Assembly: GCA_036005845.1 (NCBI GenBank)
Contig: DASYQD010000124.1
Location: 25,024 to 89,023, forward strand
DNA from: Thermoanaerobaculia bacterium
Lineage (GTDB): Bacteria > Acidobacteriota > Thermoanaerobaculia > Multivoradales > JAIOJS01
Length of the DNA stretch: 64,000 nucleotides
Direction of reading: 5' to 3'
Shown: piece by piece, positions 10,667-21,796 of the stretch
How positions within the stretch are numbered: position 1 is the first letter of the stretch
How the letters are laid out: each line of letters starts with the position of its first letter
Notes under the pieces: model-generated
The model's input: only the letters and a program-made list of their open reading frames with translations
Told to the model about the DNA's origin: nothing
The model's database searches: none
Position numbers and translations under genes: made by a program

Positions 10667-11973
10667 GGACGCTCATTCGTGGCGGCCGCGTCGTCGATCC
10701 GTCGCAGGGGCTCGACTCGTTCGTCGATCTGCTGATCGAGGACGGCGAAGTGGCGCGCCTCGGCGAGAAGCTGCAGGCGCCGGAGCACTGCGAGGTCGTC
10801 GACGTCGTGGGGCTGATCGTCGCGCCCGGCTTCATCGACATCCACGTCCACCTGCGCGAGCCGGGGCAGGAGTACAAGGAGACGGTGCGCACCGGCACGA
10901 TGGCGGCCGCCGCCGGCGGCTTCACCGCCGTCTGCTGCATGGCCAACACCGTGCCGGTCAACGACCACCGCTCGATCACCGAGCACATCCGCGGCGAGGC
11001 GGAGCGCCACGGCTTCGCGCGCGTGCACCCGATCGGCGCGGTGTCGAAGGGGCTCGAGGGCAAGCAGCTCGCCGAGATCGGCGAGATGGCGGCCGCCGGC
11101 GCGGTGGCGATCTCCGACGACGGCAAGCCGGTGATGGACGCCGAGCTGATGCGCCGCGCGCTGCTCTACGCGCAGCACTATGGCATCCAGAATGGCCTGC
11201 CGGTGGTGCAGCACGCCGAAGACCTCAGCCTCTCGGGCGGCGGTGTCATGCACGAGGGCGAGATCTCGGCGCGGCTCGGGCTGCCTGGCATCCCGGGCTC
11301 GGCCGAGGACGTGATGGTGGCGCGCGACCTCATCCTGCTCGAGGACTGCGGCGGCCGCTACCACGTGGCGCACATCTCGACCGCGCGCAGCCTCGAGCTG
11401 GTGCGTGCGGCGAAGCAGCGCGGGCTGCCAGCGACGTGCGAGGTGACGCCGCACCACCTGTTGTTGACCGACGACGAGGTGGCGAAGACGGGCTTCTCGA
11501 CGGCGTGCAAGATGAAGCCGCCGCTGCGCAGCGCCGCCGACAGGGAGGCGATGCTCGCCGGCCTCGCCGACGGCACTGTCGACGCCATCGCCTCCGACCA
11601 CGCGCCGCATCACACAGACGAGAAGGACGAGAGCTTCCACAACGCGCCGTTCGGCATAGTCGGGCTGGAGACGACGGTGCCGCTGTGCCTCGACCGGCTG
11701 GTGCGGCCCGGAGTGATCTCGCTGTCGCGGCTCGTCGAGCTGCTGGCCTGCGGTCCCGCGCGCGTGATGAACCTGCCTACCGGCACGCTGCGCGTCGGTT
11801 CGCCCGCGGACGTGACGCTGCTGTCGCTCGACGAGCGCTACACGGTGCAGCCGTCGGGGTTCCGCAGCAAGGGACGCAGCACGCCGTTCGCGGAGTGGAC
11901 GCTCCAGGGGCGCGCCGTGGGCACCTTCCTCGAAGGACGCCGCGTCGAGCTCGACGCGCGGCGGAGCACCTGA
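10663..11973 (+). CDS. pyrC: Dihydroorotase (multifunctional-complex type)
   Basis: Metal-binding HVHLREPG motif, amidohydrolase fold motifs (DDGKPV, ISTARS, ASDHAPH). GTG start overlaps the pyrB stop (GTGA). Confidence 0.85.
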
Positions 11974-11978
11974 GCGCC

Positions 11979-12617
11979 ATGCAGCCGCGCGAGCCTCAGT
12001 GGGATCGGCCGCTTGCTTCGCCGGCAGCCCTTCTCGGCTGTGCCTTCGTTGTCGCTTTGGCGGCGGCTGGAGGTGGTGTCTGGTGGATGATGCGGGGCGG
12101 CTGGCGACCTTATCCGCCCCTCACCTCGGCGGAGCCGACGCCTTCAGCGGAGCCGGCGGCCGCCGCCGTCGCCGAGGAGCCGGAACCGACTCCCACGGCC
12201 GCTCCGACCGCCGTTTCGAGTGAGGAGATCGAGCGCGAGGTGGAGCGCGAGTTTCGCCGGATGAAGGCGCGCCTCGATCGCGCGGCGGCGGCGCCCGAGG
12301 CCTCCCAAGACATCCACCGTGTCGGCGGCGAAGTGGCGGCGCCGCGCCTCGTCAGGCAAGTCCAGCCGGTGTATCCCTTGGCAGCCCGCCTCACCGGCAC
12401 GCAGGGCGTGGTCATCGTGGAAGCGGTGATCGACCAGCACGGCGAGGTGTCGAAGGTGCGCGTGCTCAAGGGCCTGCCGCACGGCCTCGACGACGCGGCC
12501 GTCGAAGCCGTGGAGCAGTGGAAGTTCGCGCCGGCGATGCTGTACGGCAAGCCGGTGGCGGTCTACTTCACGCTCACCGTCAACTTCAGGATCGACTCGC
12601 GGGCTGGCTCGGGCTAG
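11979..12617 (+). CDS. TonB-family C-terminal-domain protein (energy transducer TonB-like)
   Basis: N-terminal TM helix, then a Pro/Ala/Glu-rich linker (AEPTPSAEPAAAAVAEEPEPTPTAAPT), then a TonB_C-like domain (PVYPLAARLTGTQGVVIVEAVIDQHGEVSKVRVLKGLPHGLDDAAVEAVEQWKFAPA). Confidence 0.6.
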   Translation: MQPREPQWDRPLASPAALLGCAFVVALAAAGGGVWWMMRGGWRPYPPLTSAEPTPSAEPAAAAVAEEPEPTPTAAPTAVSSEEIEREVEREFRRMKARLDRAAAAPEASQDIHRVGGEVAAPRLVRQVQPVYPLAARLTGTQGVVIVEAVIDQHGEVSKVRVLKGLPHGLDDAAVEAVEQWKFAPAMLYGKPVAVYFTLTVNFRIDSRAGSG

Positions 12618-14734
12618 CGCCCGCCCGGCGGCGCGTTCGCTCGCCGCGGCAGGCGCACTTCGTAGACCAGGTTGGTGGCGTCCGCGAAGCGCAGCGCGAA
12701 CCACTGCGGCATGGCGTCGGCCCACTGACGCTCGAGCGGGAAGTCGAAGTTGGGATAGCGCGCGAGGTGCAGCCAGCGGATGTCGCGCCGCGCCAGGTTG
12801 CGCAGCCACGCCTCGGCCGACGGCGCGGCGCGCAGCTCGCAGCCGGGGTAGCGGATGGCGAGCGGCCGGTCGGCGGCGTCGACGTTGACGTAGCGCACGT
12901 CGCGCTCGAGGCGCGGGCCCATCGCCGGGTAGGTGAGGTAGTTGTTCGGCGCGTAGACGACGTCGACGGCGCCCTCGGCGGCATGCGCGTCGAGCCAGGC
13001 CCAGCCAGGGGCGAAGAGGCGCGACGACGTCTGGTGGAACGTCAGGTCGTTGGCGAGCGCACGCGGCCGGTCGGCGAGGCGGAAGCGGGCGAGGAGGGGA
13101 GCGCCGGCCAGCGCCAAGACGAGGGCGGCGAGCGCGAGCTCACGCCGGCGGCGGACGACGAAGGCGCGCGCGGCTGGGCTGAACAGCAGCACCGCGGCCG
13201 CACCGTCGGCGAGCGCGACGGTGACGCGCAGAAGCAGCGGCACGTCGGCGTGGAGCTGCAGCAGGTCCTGCACGAGCAGCGCGATGGCGATGCCTTCGAT
13301 CCACCGATCGGGGATCGCGCGCCGCTCGGCGCCCGCCGCGGCGGCGGCGAAGGTGACGCCGAAGGCGGAGACGAGGTAGCGGACGTTGTTGTAGACATGG
13401 CGCAGCCGGGCGAACGGAATCGTCAGCCAGAAGACGATCTCCGCCCACACCAGGAGCGCGGCCGTCCACCCTTCGCGCCGGCGCTCGCGCGGCACGAGCC
13501 AGGGCAGCGCGAGCGCGGCGAGCAGCAGGAGCGCCGCCTGCGGCCCGGCGCCCACTTCGAGCGAGGTGCGGTGGGTGGTGCCGAGGAAGGCCTCGACGAT
13601 GCGGCCCCCGCCCACCATCTCGCGCCACGACTCGACGGCGGAGTTGCGACGCGGGAAGGCGATCGGCGCGGCCGCCTCGCGGCCGGCGACGTTGCGCTCG
13701 CAGGCGACGGCGAGCGGATCGACGCCGAGCGCGGCGTTGCGCAGGTAGAAGTAGCCGCCGAGGAGCGCGGTGACGGCGACCGCCGCGGCGAGCTGCGAAA
13801 CGCGCCGCCGCCACTCCCCGCGCGCGAGGAGCGTCAGCGCGCCGCCCGCCGCCAGCCCGAAGACGACGCCGAGCACCTTGGCGCCGCAGGCGAGACCGAG
13901 GCCGGCGCCGAGCAGCAGCGCGTCGGCCCAGCTCGCCGAGCGCAGCCAGCGCAGGCCGAAGTAGAAGCCGGCGAGCAGCGCGCCGGCGAGAAAGAGGTCG
14001 ACGTACTCGGTGGCCGCCGAGCGCACGACGATCGGCGTCAGCGCGACGAGGAAGGCGGCGAGCGGCCACCAGCGCCGCGCGCCGAGCTGCCGCGCGATGG
14101 CGCCGGTCGCCAGCGTGACCAGCAGCCAGTGCGGCACGCTCGCCAGGTTGACGTAGAGCTCGCTGTGCGACGGCGCCATCCACCACCAGAACCAGAGCGA
14201 GCCGTTGGCGGGCACGTAGCCGTAGTAGTTGACCGGGTTGGCGCCGAAGACCGGCGCGAGATTCCGGTCGCGCAGCCAGGTGCCGGCGAGCAGCAGGTGG
14301 TACATCAGCGCGTCCCACGACAGCGGCGGAAGCAGCAGCCCGCGCAGCGCCTCGCTGCCGGCGCCGTGGAGAACGAGCAGCGAGGGCGCCCAGAACTGCC
14401 GCGCCACCTGCCAGGTACGGCGCGCGATGATAACCAGCGGCGCCGCGAGACCGCCGACGGGCGGCTGGCGCCGCGCGCGCAATAGCAGCGCCAGCACCAG
14501 CAGGATCTGCAGCCCGAGCGCGAGGTCGATGCGCAGCACGCCGAGCGCGCCCAGCACGAGCGCGATGGCGATCGCCTCCGCGGTGGCGACCAGCAGCGTG
14601 CCAACGGCGAGCGTGAGCGGATCGCGCGCCGCCTCCTCGCCGAGCAGCCGCAGCGCCGCGAGGTAGCCGCCGAGCGCGAGGAAGAAGAGCGCCAGCAGCG
14701 TCAGCAGCGCGCCGAGCAGGTCGACGAGCACCAT
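12614..14734 (-). CDS. Polytopic membrane protein, putative GT-C fold glycosyltransferase (ArnT/PMT-like), paralog 1
   Basis: About 707 aa from the internal ATG at 14734. The N-terminal ~300 aa of the 1008-aa ORF in the track is low-complexity and probably not translated. More than 10 predicted TM helices, a conserved LSWDALMYHL...GSLWFWWWMAPSHSELYVNLA block and a C-terminal soluble domain (YPGCELR...WLHLARYPNFDFPLE). Confidence 0.5.
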   Translation of the reverse strand: MVLVDLLGALLTLLALFFLALGGYLAALRLLGEEAARDPLTLAVGTLLVATAEAIAIALVLGALGVLRIDLALGLQILLVLALLLRARRQPPVGGLAAPLVIIARRTWQVARQFWAPSLLVLHGAGSEALRGLLLPPLSWDALMYHLLLAGTWLRDRNLAPVFGANPVNYYGYVPANGSLWFWWWMAPSHSELYVNLASVPHWLLVTLATGAIARQLGARRWWPLAAFLVALTPIVVRSAATEYVDLFLAGALLAGFYFGLRWLRSASWADALLLGAGLGLACGAKVLGVVFGLAAGGALTLLARGEWRRRVSQLAAAVAVTALLGGYFYLRNAALGVDPLAVACERNVAGREAAAPIAFPRRNSAVESWREMVGGGRIVEAFLGTTHRTSLEVGAGPQAALLLLAALALPWLVPRERRREGWTAALLVWAEIVFWLTIPFARLRHVYNNVRYLVSAFGVTFAAAAAGAERRAIPDRWIEGIAIALLVQDLLQLHADVPLLLRVTVALADGAAAVLLFSPAARAFVVRRRRELALAALVLALAGAPLLARFRLADRPRALANDLTFHQTSSRLFAPGWAWLDAHAAEGAVDVVYAPNNYLTYPAMGPRLERDVRYVNVDAADRPLAIRYPGCELRAAPSAEAWLRNLARRDIRWLHLARYPNFDFPLERQWADAMPQWFALRFADATNLVYEVRLPRRANAPPGGR

Positions 14735-14738
14735 GGCG

Positions 14739-16829
14739 CTAGCGCAGCAGCTCCAGCACCGCGTTGCCCGGGTCGCGGTAGCGCAGCGCGAAGAGGTCGG
14801 GCCGCGCCGCCGCCCAGTCGAGCTCGGGCGGGAAGGGGTAGCCGGGGAAGCGGCCGACGTGCACCCAGCGCACACGGGCGCGGCGCAGGTTCGCCAGCCA
14901 CGCCTGCGGATCGAGCTCCTGGCGCGGGTCGCAGCCGGGGTAGGCGGTGACGTCGCGCACGTTGTCGCGGTTGCTGTTGACGTAGACGACGCGCCGCTCG
15001 AGGTGCGGCCCCATCGCCGGGTACCAGAAGACGCTCGTCGGCGACTCGACCACCGCCACCGTGCCGTTGCCGCCGTGCGCATCGAGCCACTCCCAAGCAC
15101 CGGCGAAGGCGCGCATGGTGGTCTCGTGGAAGGTGCTCTCCTCGCCGAAGGCGCGGCCGCGGTCGGCGACGCGCCAGCGGCCGAGCAGCGGAGCGCCGAC
15201 GAGCAGGACCGCCGCCGAGGTGGCGACAGCGAGAGACACGGCGTGCCGCCGAGTGAGCTCACGCAACCGCGGCGACAGGGCGAGCGAAACGGCGCCGAGG
15301 TCGACGATCGCCAGCGCGATGCGGACGCCGAACGGCATCTCCTCGTGGAGCAGTACGAGGTCTTGGACCAACAGCGCGAAGGCGAGAACGCCGAGCCACG
15401 CATCGCGCACGCCGCGGCGCTCGGCCGCCGCGACGAGGCCGGCGAAGGCGAGCGCGAAGGCGCCGTCGAGATAGCGCGGGTTGGCGAGGAACTGCTGGCC
15501 GTTGGCGTAAGGCACGGTGACGAAGATGAAGGCCTGCGCCGCGATCTGACTCCACACCAGCGTCGCCGATCGGCGCTCGCCCCTGGGCAGCAGCAGCGGC
15601 AGGAGCAGCGCCGCCAGCAGCAGCAGCGCCGGCGGGCCAAGCCCGAGCTCCAGCGACTTCGGCTTGCTGCTGCCGAGGAAGGCGGTGAGCAGGTTGCCGT
15701 TGCGGATCAGCTCCGGCCAGATGGCGACGAGTGTGAAGGGCCGCGGGAAGCGGACACCGGCGCCGACGACGTTCAGCCCTTCGCAGGCGGCGGCGAACGG
15801 GCCGACGCCCGCTCGCCACGCCTGGAAGTAGAAGATGCTGGCCGGGACCACCGCGACCGCCGCCGCCGCGAGGAGTTGCCAGGCGCGCCGGCGCCACTCG
15901 CCGCGCGCCAGCAACACCGCGACGCCGGCGAGCGCCGCAGCGTACCCGAGACCGAGCACCTTGGCGCCAGCCGCCACTCCGCACGCCGCACCCAGCAGCA
16001 GCGCATCGCCGGCGCGCGTCGAGCGAATCCACCGCAGCGCAAAGAAACACCCCGCGACGATCGTGCCGCCGACGAGGAGATCGGCGTACTGCGTCGCCGC
16101 CGCGCGCAGCACCACGGGCGCCATCAGCGCCAGGAAACCGGCGAGCGGCCAGTGGCGTCGCGCGCCCAGCTCGCGCGCCACGCCGCCCGCCGCGAGCGCC
16201 AGCAGCACCGCGTGGGGGAACGCCGCCAGGTTGACGTAGAGCTCGCCGTGCGACGGCGCCAGCCACCACCAGAGCCACACCGGCCCCCCCGCCGGCTGCA
16301 GGCCGTAGAAGCTGATCGGCCGCATGCCGAAGATGGGCGCGATGCGCTGCTCCTGCAGCCACGTCCCGGCGATCGGCAGGTGGTACATGACGCTGTCCCA
16401 CGACAGCGGCGGCCGCAGCAGACCGCGCAGCGCCTCGGCCGCCAGCGCGTGCACGGCGATCAGGCTCATCGCCGGATGCTCGACCGTCCGCGCCCAGACG
16501 CGCCGCCACAGCAGCCGCGCCTCGGCCCCCGAGTCCGCACCACGCCGCTGCTCAATGCGCACCAGCAGCACGAACACCATGACCATGACCATCAGCGCGG
16601 CCTCGATGCGCAGCAGCCCCAGCTTGCCGAGCACGATGGCGATCAGCTCCGCTTCGAAGATCGCCGCGAGCAACGTCGCGATCGCCAGCGCCAGCGGGTC
16701 GGCGGCGCCGGCGCCAAGCGCTTTCCTCGCCAACAGATAGCCGTTTACGACGAGGAACAGGAGCGTGATCGCGGTGGCCACCGCTCCGAGCAGATCGAGC
16801 ACCGGCATGGATGGGCGCGATTCTGGCAC
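14739..16829 (-). CDS. Polytopic membrane protein, putative GT-C fold glycosyltransferase, paralog 2
   Basis: Co-linear paralog of 12614..14734 (LSWDSVMYHL...GPVWLWWWLAPSHGELYVNLA; C-terminal YPGCDPR...WVHVGRFPGYPFPPE). Its stop lies 4 nt upstream of the paralog-1 start. An alternative ATG start sits near 16808. Confidence 0.5.
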   Translation of the reverse strand: MPESRPSMPVLDLLGAVATAITLLFLVVNGYLLARKALGAGAADPLALAIATLLAAIFEAELIAIVLGKLGLLRIEAALMVMVMVFVLLVRIEQRRGADSGAEARLLWRRVWARTVEHPAMSLIAVHALAAEALRGLLRPPLSWDSVMYHLPIAGTWLQEQRIAPIFGMRPISFYGLQPAGGPVWLWWWLAPSHGELYVNLAAFPHAVLLALAAGGVARELGARRHWPLAGFLALMAPVVLRAAATQYADLLVGGTIVAGCFFALRWIRSTRAGDALLLGAACGVAAGAKVLGLGYAAALAGVAVLLARGEWRRRAWQLLAAAAVAVVPASIFYFQAWRAGVGPFAAACEGLNVVGAGVRFPRPFTLVAIWPELIRNGNLLTAFLGSSKPKSLELGLGPPALLLLAALLLPLLLPRGERRSATLVWSQIAAQAFIFVTVPYANGQQFLANPRYLDGAFALAFAGLVAAAERRGVRDAWLGVLAFALLVQDLVLLHEEMPFGVRIALAIVDLGAVSLALSPRLRELTRRHAVSLAVATSAAVLLVGAPLLGRWRVADRGRAFGEESTFHETTMRAFAGAWEWLDAHGGNGTVAVVESPTSVFWYPAMGPHLERRVVYVNSNRDNVRDVTAYPGCDPRQELDPQAWLANLRRARVRWVHVGRFPGYPFPPELDWAAARPDLFALRYRDPGNAVLELLR

Positions 16830-16894
16830 GGGCCTCTCGCGCCAGCGCGTCCGACGTGCTTGTGACCCCCACGCACAGGCGCTAGACTGCCTCG

Positions 16895-17390
<496 letters not shown>

Positions 17391-17413
<23 letters not shown>

Positions 17414-19076
17414 GCCGCTGCTCGAGAAGCACGCCGCGAAGATCACGCCGCAGGAAGGTCTCGACCAGCCCTGCTGGATCGTCGACCGCTCGGTGCTGCG
17501 CGAGGTCTGCGAGGACCTCAAGACCAACCCGGAGACGCGCTTCGACCTGCTGCTCGAGTGCTTTGGCATGGATTACCCCGAGCGCGAGCCGCGCTTCGAG
17601 GCGGTCTACCACCTCTACTCGATCCCGCACGGCAAGCGGCTGCGCCTGAAGGTGCCGCTGCCGGAGAACGACCCGACGGTGCCGTCGCTGTTGCCGGTGT
17701 GGAAGGCCGCCGACTGGTTCGAGCGCGAGATGTGGGACCACTTCGGCTTCCGCGCCGAGGGCCACCCCGACCTGCGCCGCATCCTCTGCCACGAGGCCTT
17801 CCAGGGCCACCCTCTGCGCAAGGACTACGACCCGGCGCGGCGCTGGATCTGCACCGAGAAGGACATCTACAAGCCCAAGCTCGAGCCGCCGCCGCAGCAG
17901 GACGACATGTTCGAGCGCATGACGATCAACATCGGCCCGTCGCACCCGGCGATGCACGGCACCTTCCGGCTCACCGCCGTGCTCGACGGCGAGGTGATCG
18001 TCGCTTCCGACATCGAGATCGGCTACCTCCACCGCTGCTTCGACAAGATGTCGGAGACCCACACCTGGAACCAGGTGATCCCGTACACCGACCGCCTCAA
18101 CTATTGCTCGGCGTTCATCAACAACGTCGGCTATTGCCGGGTGGTGGAGAAGATGCTCGGCGTCGAGGCGCCGCCAAAGGCGGTGTGGGCGCGCACGATC
18201 CTGAGCGAGTTCTCGCGCATCATGGACCACTGCGTCTGCAACGGCACGACGCTGGTGGACACCGGCGGCATCACCAACTTCTGGTACATGTTCCAGCCGC
18301 GCGAGGAGATCTACGGGCTGCTCGAGGCGTGCTTCGGCGGCCGCCTCACCGTGTCGGGCTGCCGCATCGGCGGCCTGCTCGCCGACCTGCCGCCTGATTT
18401 CATGGCCCGCAGCCGGCGGCTGCTCGAGATCATCCCCGCCTTCGTCGACGACATGGAGAAGCTCGTCGACCACAACCGCATCTGGCTCGACCGCTCGGTG
18501 GGCATCGCCGCCATCTCCGGCGACGACGCGGTGAACTGGGGCTGGACCGGGCCGTGCCTGCGCGCCTCCGGTGTCGCCTACGACGTGCGCAAGGCCTTCC
18601 CCTACGACCTCTACGACACCGTCGACTGGGAGGTGCCGGTCTTCTACGGCGGCGACGTGCACGACCGCTACCGCGTGCGCATGGCGGAGATTCGCCAATC
18701 GCTGCGCATCATCGAGCAGCTCCTCGACCGCGGCATCCCGGAAGGCCCGTTCATCGTCGACGACCCGCACGTGGCGCTGCCGCCAAAGGACAAGGCCTAC
18801 AACCAGATGGAGGCCATGATCTATCACTTCAAGCTGATCATGGACGGCGTGCAGGTGCCGGCGGGGGAGCGCTACGGGATGGTGGAAGGCGGCAACGGCG
18901 AGCTCGGCTTCTACTGCGTCAGCGACGGCTCGGCGAAGCCGTACCGCGTGCGCGTGCGGCCGCCCTGCTTCCCGATCTTCTCCACCTTCAACCAGCTCAT
19001 CCTGGGGCACACGGTGTCGGACGCGGTGATCTCGCTCGGCGGCTTGAATGTCATCGCCGGAGAGCTGGAGCGATGA
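17391..19076 (+). CDS. nuoCD: NADH-quinone oxidoreductase fused subunit C/D
   Basis: N-terminal NuoC region ([12 protein letters not shown]) fused to NuoD ([16 protein letters not shown]...[13 protein letters not shown]). Hydrogenase Ni-binding CxxC pairs are absent. 23-nt overlap with nuoB. Confidence 0.9.
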
Positions 19077-19732
19077 GCGAGCCCATCCCAGGCGAACCCA
19101 CGCTCAGCGCCGCCGCTCAGCCGCCGCAGGCGGGCGCGCAGCCGGTGCCCGAGCATCCGCGCGCGCCGAAGCCGTACAAGTACACCTGGGCGGACCGGCT
19201 CTACCTGCCGCTGCTGCAGGGGCTCGTCGTCACCGCGCGCCACTTCTTCAAGAACTTGGTGAAGAGCAAGTACACCATCAGCTACCCCGAGGAGCGGCGG
19301 CCGTACAGCGGCCGCTACCGCGGCCACCACATCCTCACCACCCGGCCCGACGGCTCCGTGCGCTGCGTCGCCTGCTTCCTCTGCGCCACCAACTGCCCGG
19401 CCGAGTGCATCCACATCGAGGCCGCCGAGCAGCCCGACGTCAACATCGAGAAGTACCCCGTCGTCTACGAGATCGACATGCTGCGCTGCGTCTTCTGCGG
19501 CTACTGCGTCGACGCCTGCCCCGAGGAGGCGATCATCATGAGCCGCAACACGGACATGGCCTACTTCACCCGCGAGCAGTCGATCGTCGGCAAGGCGCAG
19601 CTCATGAAGCCATTCACCGTCGACGTGGAACGGCTCGGCTACCGGCCCTACTACCCGGAAGAGGACCGCCAGCGGGCGCAGATGCGGCGCGAGGCCTTCG
19701 ATCTGGTGAGCGCGGCGCGCGGCGACGCCTGA
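19073..19732 (+). CDS. nuoI: NADH-quinone oxidoreductase subunit I (2x[4Fe-4S] ferredoxin)
   Basis: Two CxxCxxCxxxCP motifs (CVACFLCATNCP, CVFCGYCVDACP). The ATG overlaps the nuoCD stop (ATGA). Confidence 0.9.
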   Translation: MSEPIPGEPTLSAAAQPPQAGAQPVPEHPRAPKPYKYTWADRLYLPLLQGLVVTARHFFKNLVKSKYTISYPEERRPYSGRYRGHHILTTRPDGSVRCVACFLCATNCPAECIHIEAAEQPDVNIEKYPVVYEIDMLRCVFCGYCVDACPEEAIIMSRNTDMAYFTREQSIVGKAQLMKPFTVDVERLGYRPYYPEEDRQRAQMRREAFDLVSAARGDA

Positions 19733-19824
19733 GACGGCGATTACGCCGGCCCCGTCATGAAACCCGGCCGGTCGTAGGGGCGTAGTCTTCGCTGGAGCGG
19801 CGAGCTCGCCGCCGGGAGGGCGCC

Positions 19825-20796
19825 ATGAACGACGCGGTCGCGGTCGGCTCGGCGGTAGGAAACCAGAGGCGCGGCTGGCGGTGGATCTTCTGGGGTCCGC
19901 ACGGCCTGCGCGCGGGCTGGTCGCTGCTGATCTACGTGGCGCTGACGCAGACTCTCGGCGCGGCGCTGTTCTTCGCCATTCAACGCATCTGGAACCTCCC
20001 CGACCAGCCGCGGTTCACGCCGGGACTGTTGATCGCCGCCGAGCTCGTGCAGGGGGTCATCGTCGTCGGCGTGACCCTGCTGATGGGCCGCATCGAGAAG
20101 CGCAGCCTCGCCACCTACGGCCTGCCGCTACGGCGCGCCTTCGGCGGCCGTTTCTGGGAGGGCGCGCTGTGGGGCGTCGGCTCGTGCGGCTTGGTCTACG
20201 CACTGCTGGCGCTGTTCGGCGCCTACCGCGTGCACGGGCTGGCCGAGCAGGGCGCCACGGCGCTGCGTTGGGTGTTCCTGTGGGCGCTGGCCATGTTGTG
20301 CGTGGCGCTCTACGAGGAGCCGGCGTTTCGCGGCTTCCAGCTCTTCACCCTGTCGCGCGGCATCGGCTACTGGCCGGCGGCGCTGCTGCTCTCGCTCGGC
20401 TTCGGTGCCCTGCACTACTTCCAGAAGCCGAACGAGACCTGGCTCGACTTCCTCAACGTCGGGCTGATCGGGCTCTTCTTCTGCTTCACGGTGCGCCGCA
20501 CCGGCGACATCTGGTTCGCCGCCGGCTGGCACTTCACCTTCAACTTCATGTCGATGGGCGTCATGGGCTCGCCCAACACCGGCAACGAGGGCGGCAAGCC
20601 GCTCGAGGGGCACCTGCTCGCCAGCAGCTTCCAGGGGCCGGACTGGCTGACCGGCGGGCGCACCGGCGCGCAGGCGAGCGTCTTCACCCTGGCGATGGTG
20701 GTCGCGCTCTTCGCGCTCTTCCACTGGCGGTACCGCGAAGCGCGGTATCCGGTACTGACGGGCGCGCCTGAACCCGAGCGCGCGGTGCCGCGCTAG
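19825..20796 (+). CDS. CPBP-family intramembrane metalloprotease (CAAX protease/Abi domain)
   Basis: Multiple TM helices plus the EExxxR (EEPAFRGF), FxxxH (FGALHY) and HxxxN (WHFTFNF) motifs. Confidence 0.75.
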   Translation: MNDAVAVGSAVGNQRRGWRWIFWGPHGLRAGWSLLIYVALTQTLGAALFFAIQRIWNLPDQPRFTPGLLIAAELVQGVIVVGVTLLMGRIEKRSLATYGLPLRRAFGGRFWEGALWGVGSCGLVYALLALFGAYRVHGLAEQGATALRWVFLWALAMLCVALYEEPAFRGFQLFTLSRGIGYWPAALLLSLGFGALHYFQKPNETWLDFLNVGLIGLFFCFTVRRTGDIWFAAGWHFTFNFMSMGVMGSPNTGNEGGKPLEGHLLASSFQGPDWLTGGRTGAQASVFTLAMVVALFALFHWRYREARYPVLTGAPEPERAVPR

Positions 20797-21632
20797 GTCT
20801 GACCGCGCGAGAGCCGCACCATCTGCTCGGCGTCGCCGCCGAAGTAGCGGCGGATGAGCTGGAAGTAGTCGGTGGAGTGGGTGAAGCCTTCCAGGAACTG
20901 GTCGACCTCGGTCCGCAGCGGCGAGCCCTTGCGCAGCACGATCGCCATCGTCTGCGGCTGGCCGACGCTGTCGACGAGCACGAGGCCTTTCTGCTTGCCG
21001 TTGGTCCAGTACTGCGGCAGGTCGACGAGGGCGGCGTCGAGCTGCCGCGCGCCGCCGAGGGCGGCGAAGACCGCCTCGTTGCTGGCGAAGCTGGTGTTGG
21101 TGCGGACGCCAGCGAGCGAGGCCGCGACGCGATCGACCTCGGCGGCGTTGGTGCTGCCGACCGTAGCGCCGAGGCGCAGGCCGCCCTTGAGCTGCTCGCG
21201 CCAGCGCTTGGCGTCGAGGATGCCCGGGGGCGCCACCAGCACGCTGCGCACCGGCAGCGTGGCGGTGGAGAAGTCGACCAGCTTGGCGCGCTCGGCGGTG
21301 GCGGTGATGCCGCCAACGCCGAGGTCGGCGGTGCCCTTCTGCACCGCCTCGAGCACCGGCGCCACGGTGGAGGAGTAGCTGAACGCGAGGTGCGCCTCCT
21401 GGCCCGAGCGCACTTTGTGCCAAGCGGCGAAGCGGCGGAGGATGTCGACGTCGAAGCCTGGTGGCTCGGTGCCGGCGGGCGAGACGAACTTGCCGGAGAT
21501 GCGGGCGGTGACGCGGAGCTCGAGCGGACCGCCGGCGGCCCCGGCACCAGATTGAGCGCTGTGAGCGGCCGCGGTGGCAAGGCCGGCGAGGGCGAGACAG
21601 GCGACGGCGATCAGCTTGGCGAGCTTCTGCAT
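20793..21632 (-). CDS. Periplasmic substrate-binding protein (type 3 PBP, amino-acid ABC transporter/transporter substrate-binding domain family)
   Basis: Start taken at the internal ATG 21632, giving the signal peptide MQKLAKLIAVACLALAGLATAAAHS. The PBPb-like core (LRLGATVGSTNAAEV...DAALVDLPQY) follows. The ORF track start at 21839 adds an Arg-rich leader that is unlikely to be translated. Confidence 0.65.
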   Translation of the reverse strand: MQKLAKLIAVACLALAGLATAAAHSAQSGAGAAGGPLELRVTARISGKFVSPAGTEPPGFDVDILRRFAAWHKVRSGQEAHLAFSYSSTVAPVLEAVQKGTADLGVGGITATAERAKLVDFSTATLPVRSVLVAPPGILDAKRWREQLKGGLRLGATVGSTNAAEVDRVAASLAGVRTNTSFASNEAVFAALGGARQLDAALVDLPQYWTNGKQKGLVLVDSVGQPQTMAIVLRKGSPLRTEVDQFLEGFTHSTDYFQLIRRYFGGDAEQMVRLSRGQT

Positions 21633-21796
21633 GCGACTCTCCTGGAGGACGCGGGCCGGGTGGGACCGCTCGCCATGATAGCGCCTCGCCACGAACGGGC
21701 GGGCGCGACGCGCCATGGGGTGGTTCCTTCGACGGATCTCCGCCCGTGACCTACAATCGGAGGGATCCCGCCACGGTCCGACGGAAGGAACCGCCG

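Noticed and set aside
12518-16865. Long plus-strand ORFs (655 aa, 710 aa and others) opposite the two GT-C-like membrane protein genes
   Set aside because: They are antisense to coherent multi-TM proteins. Their translations are Arg/Glu-rich and low-complexity.
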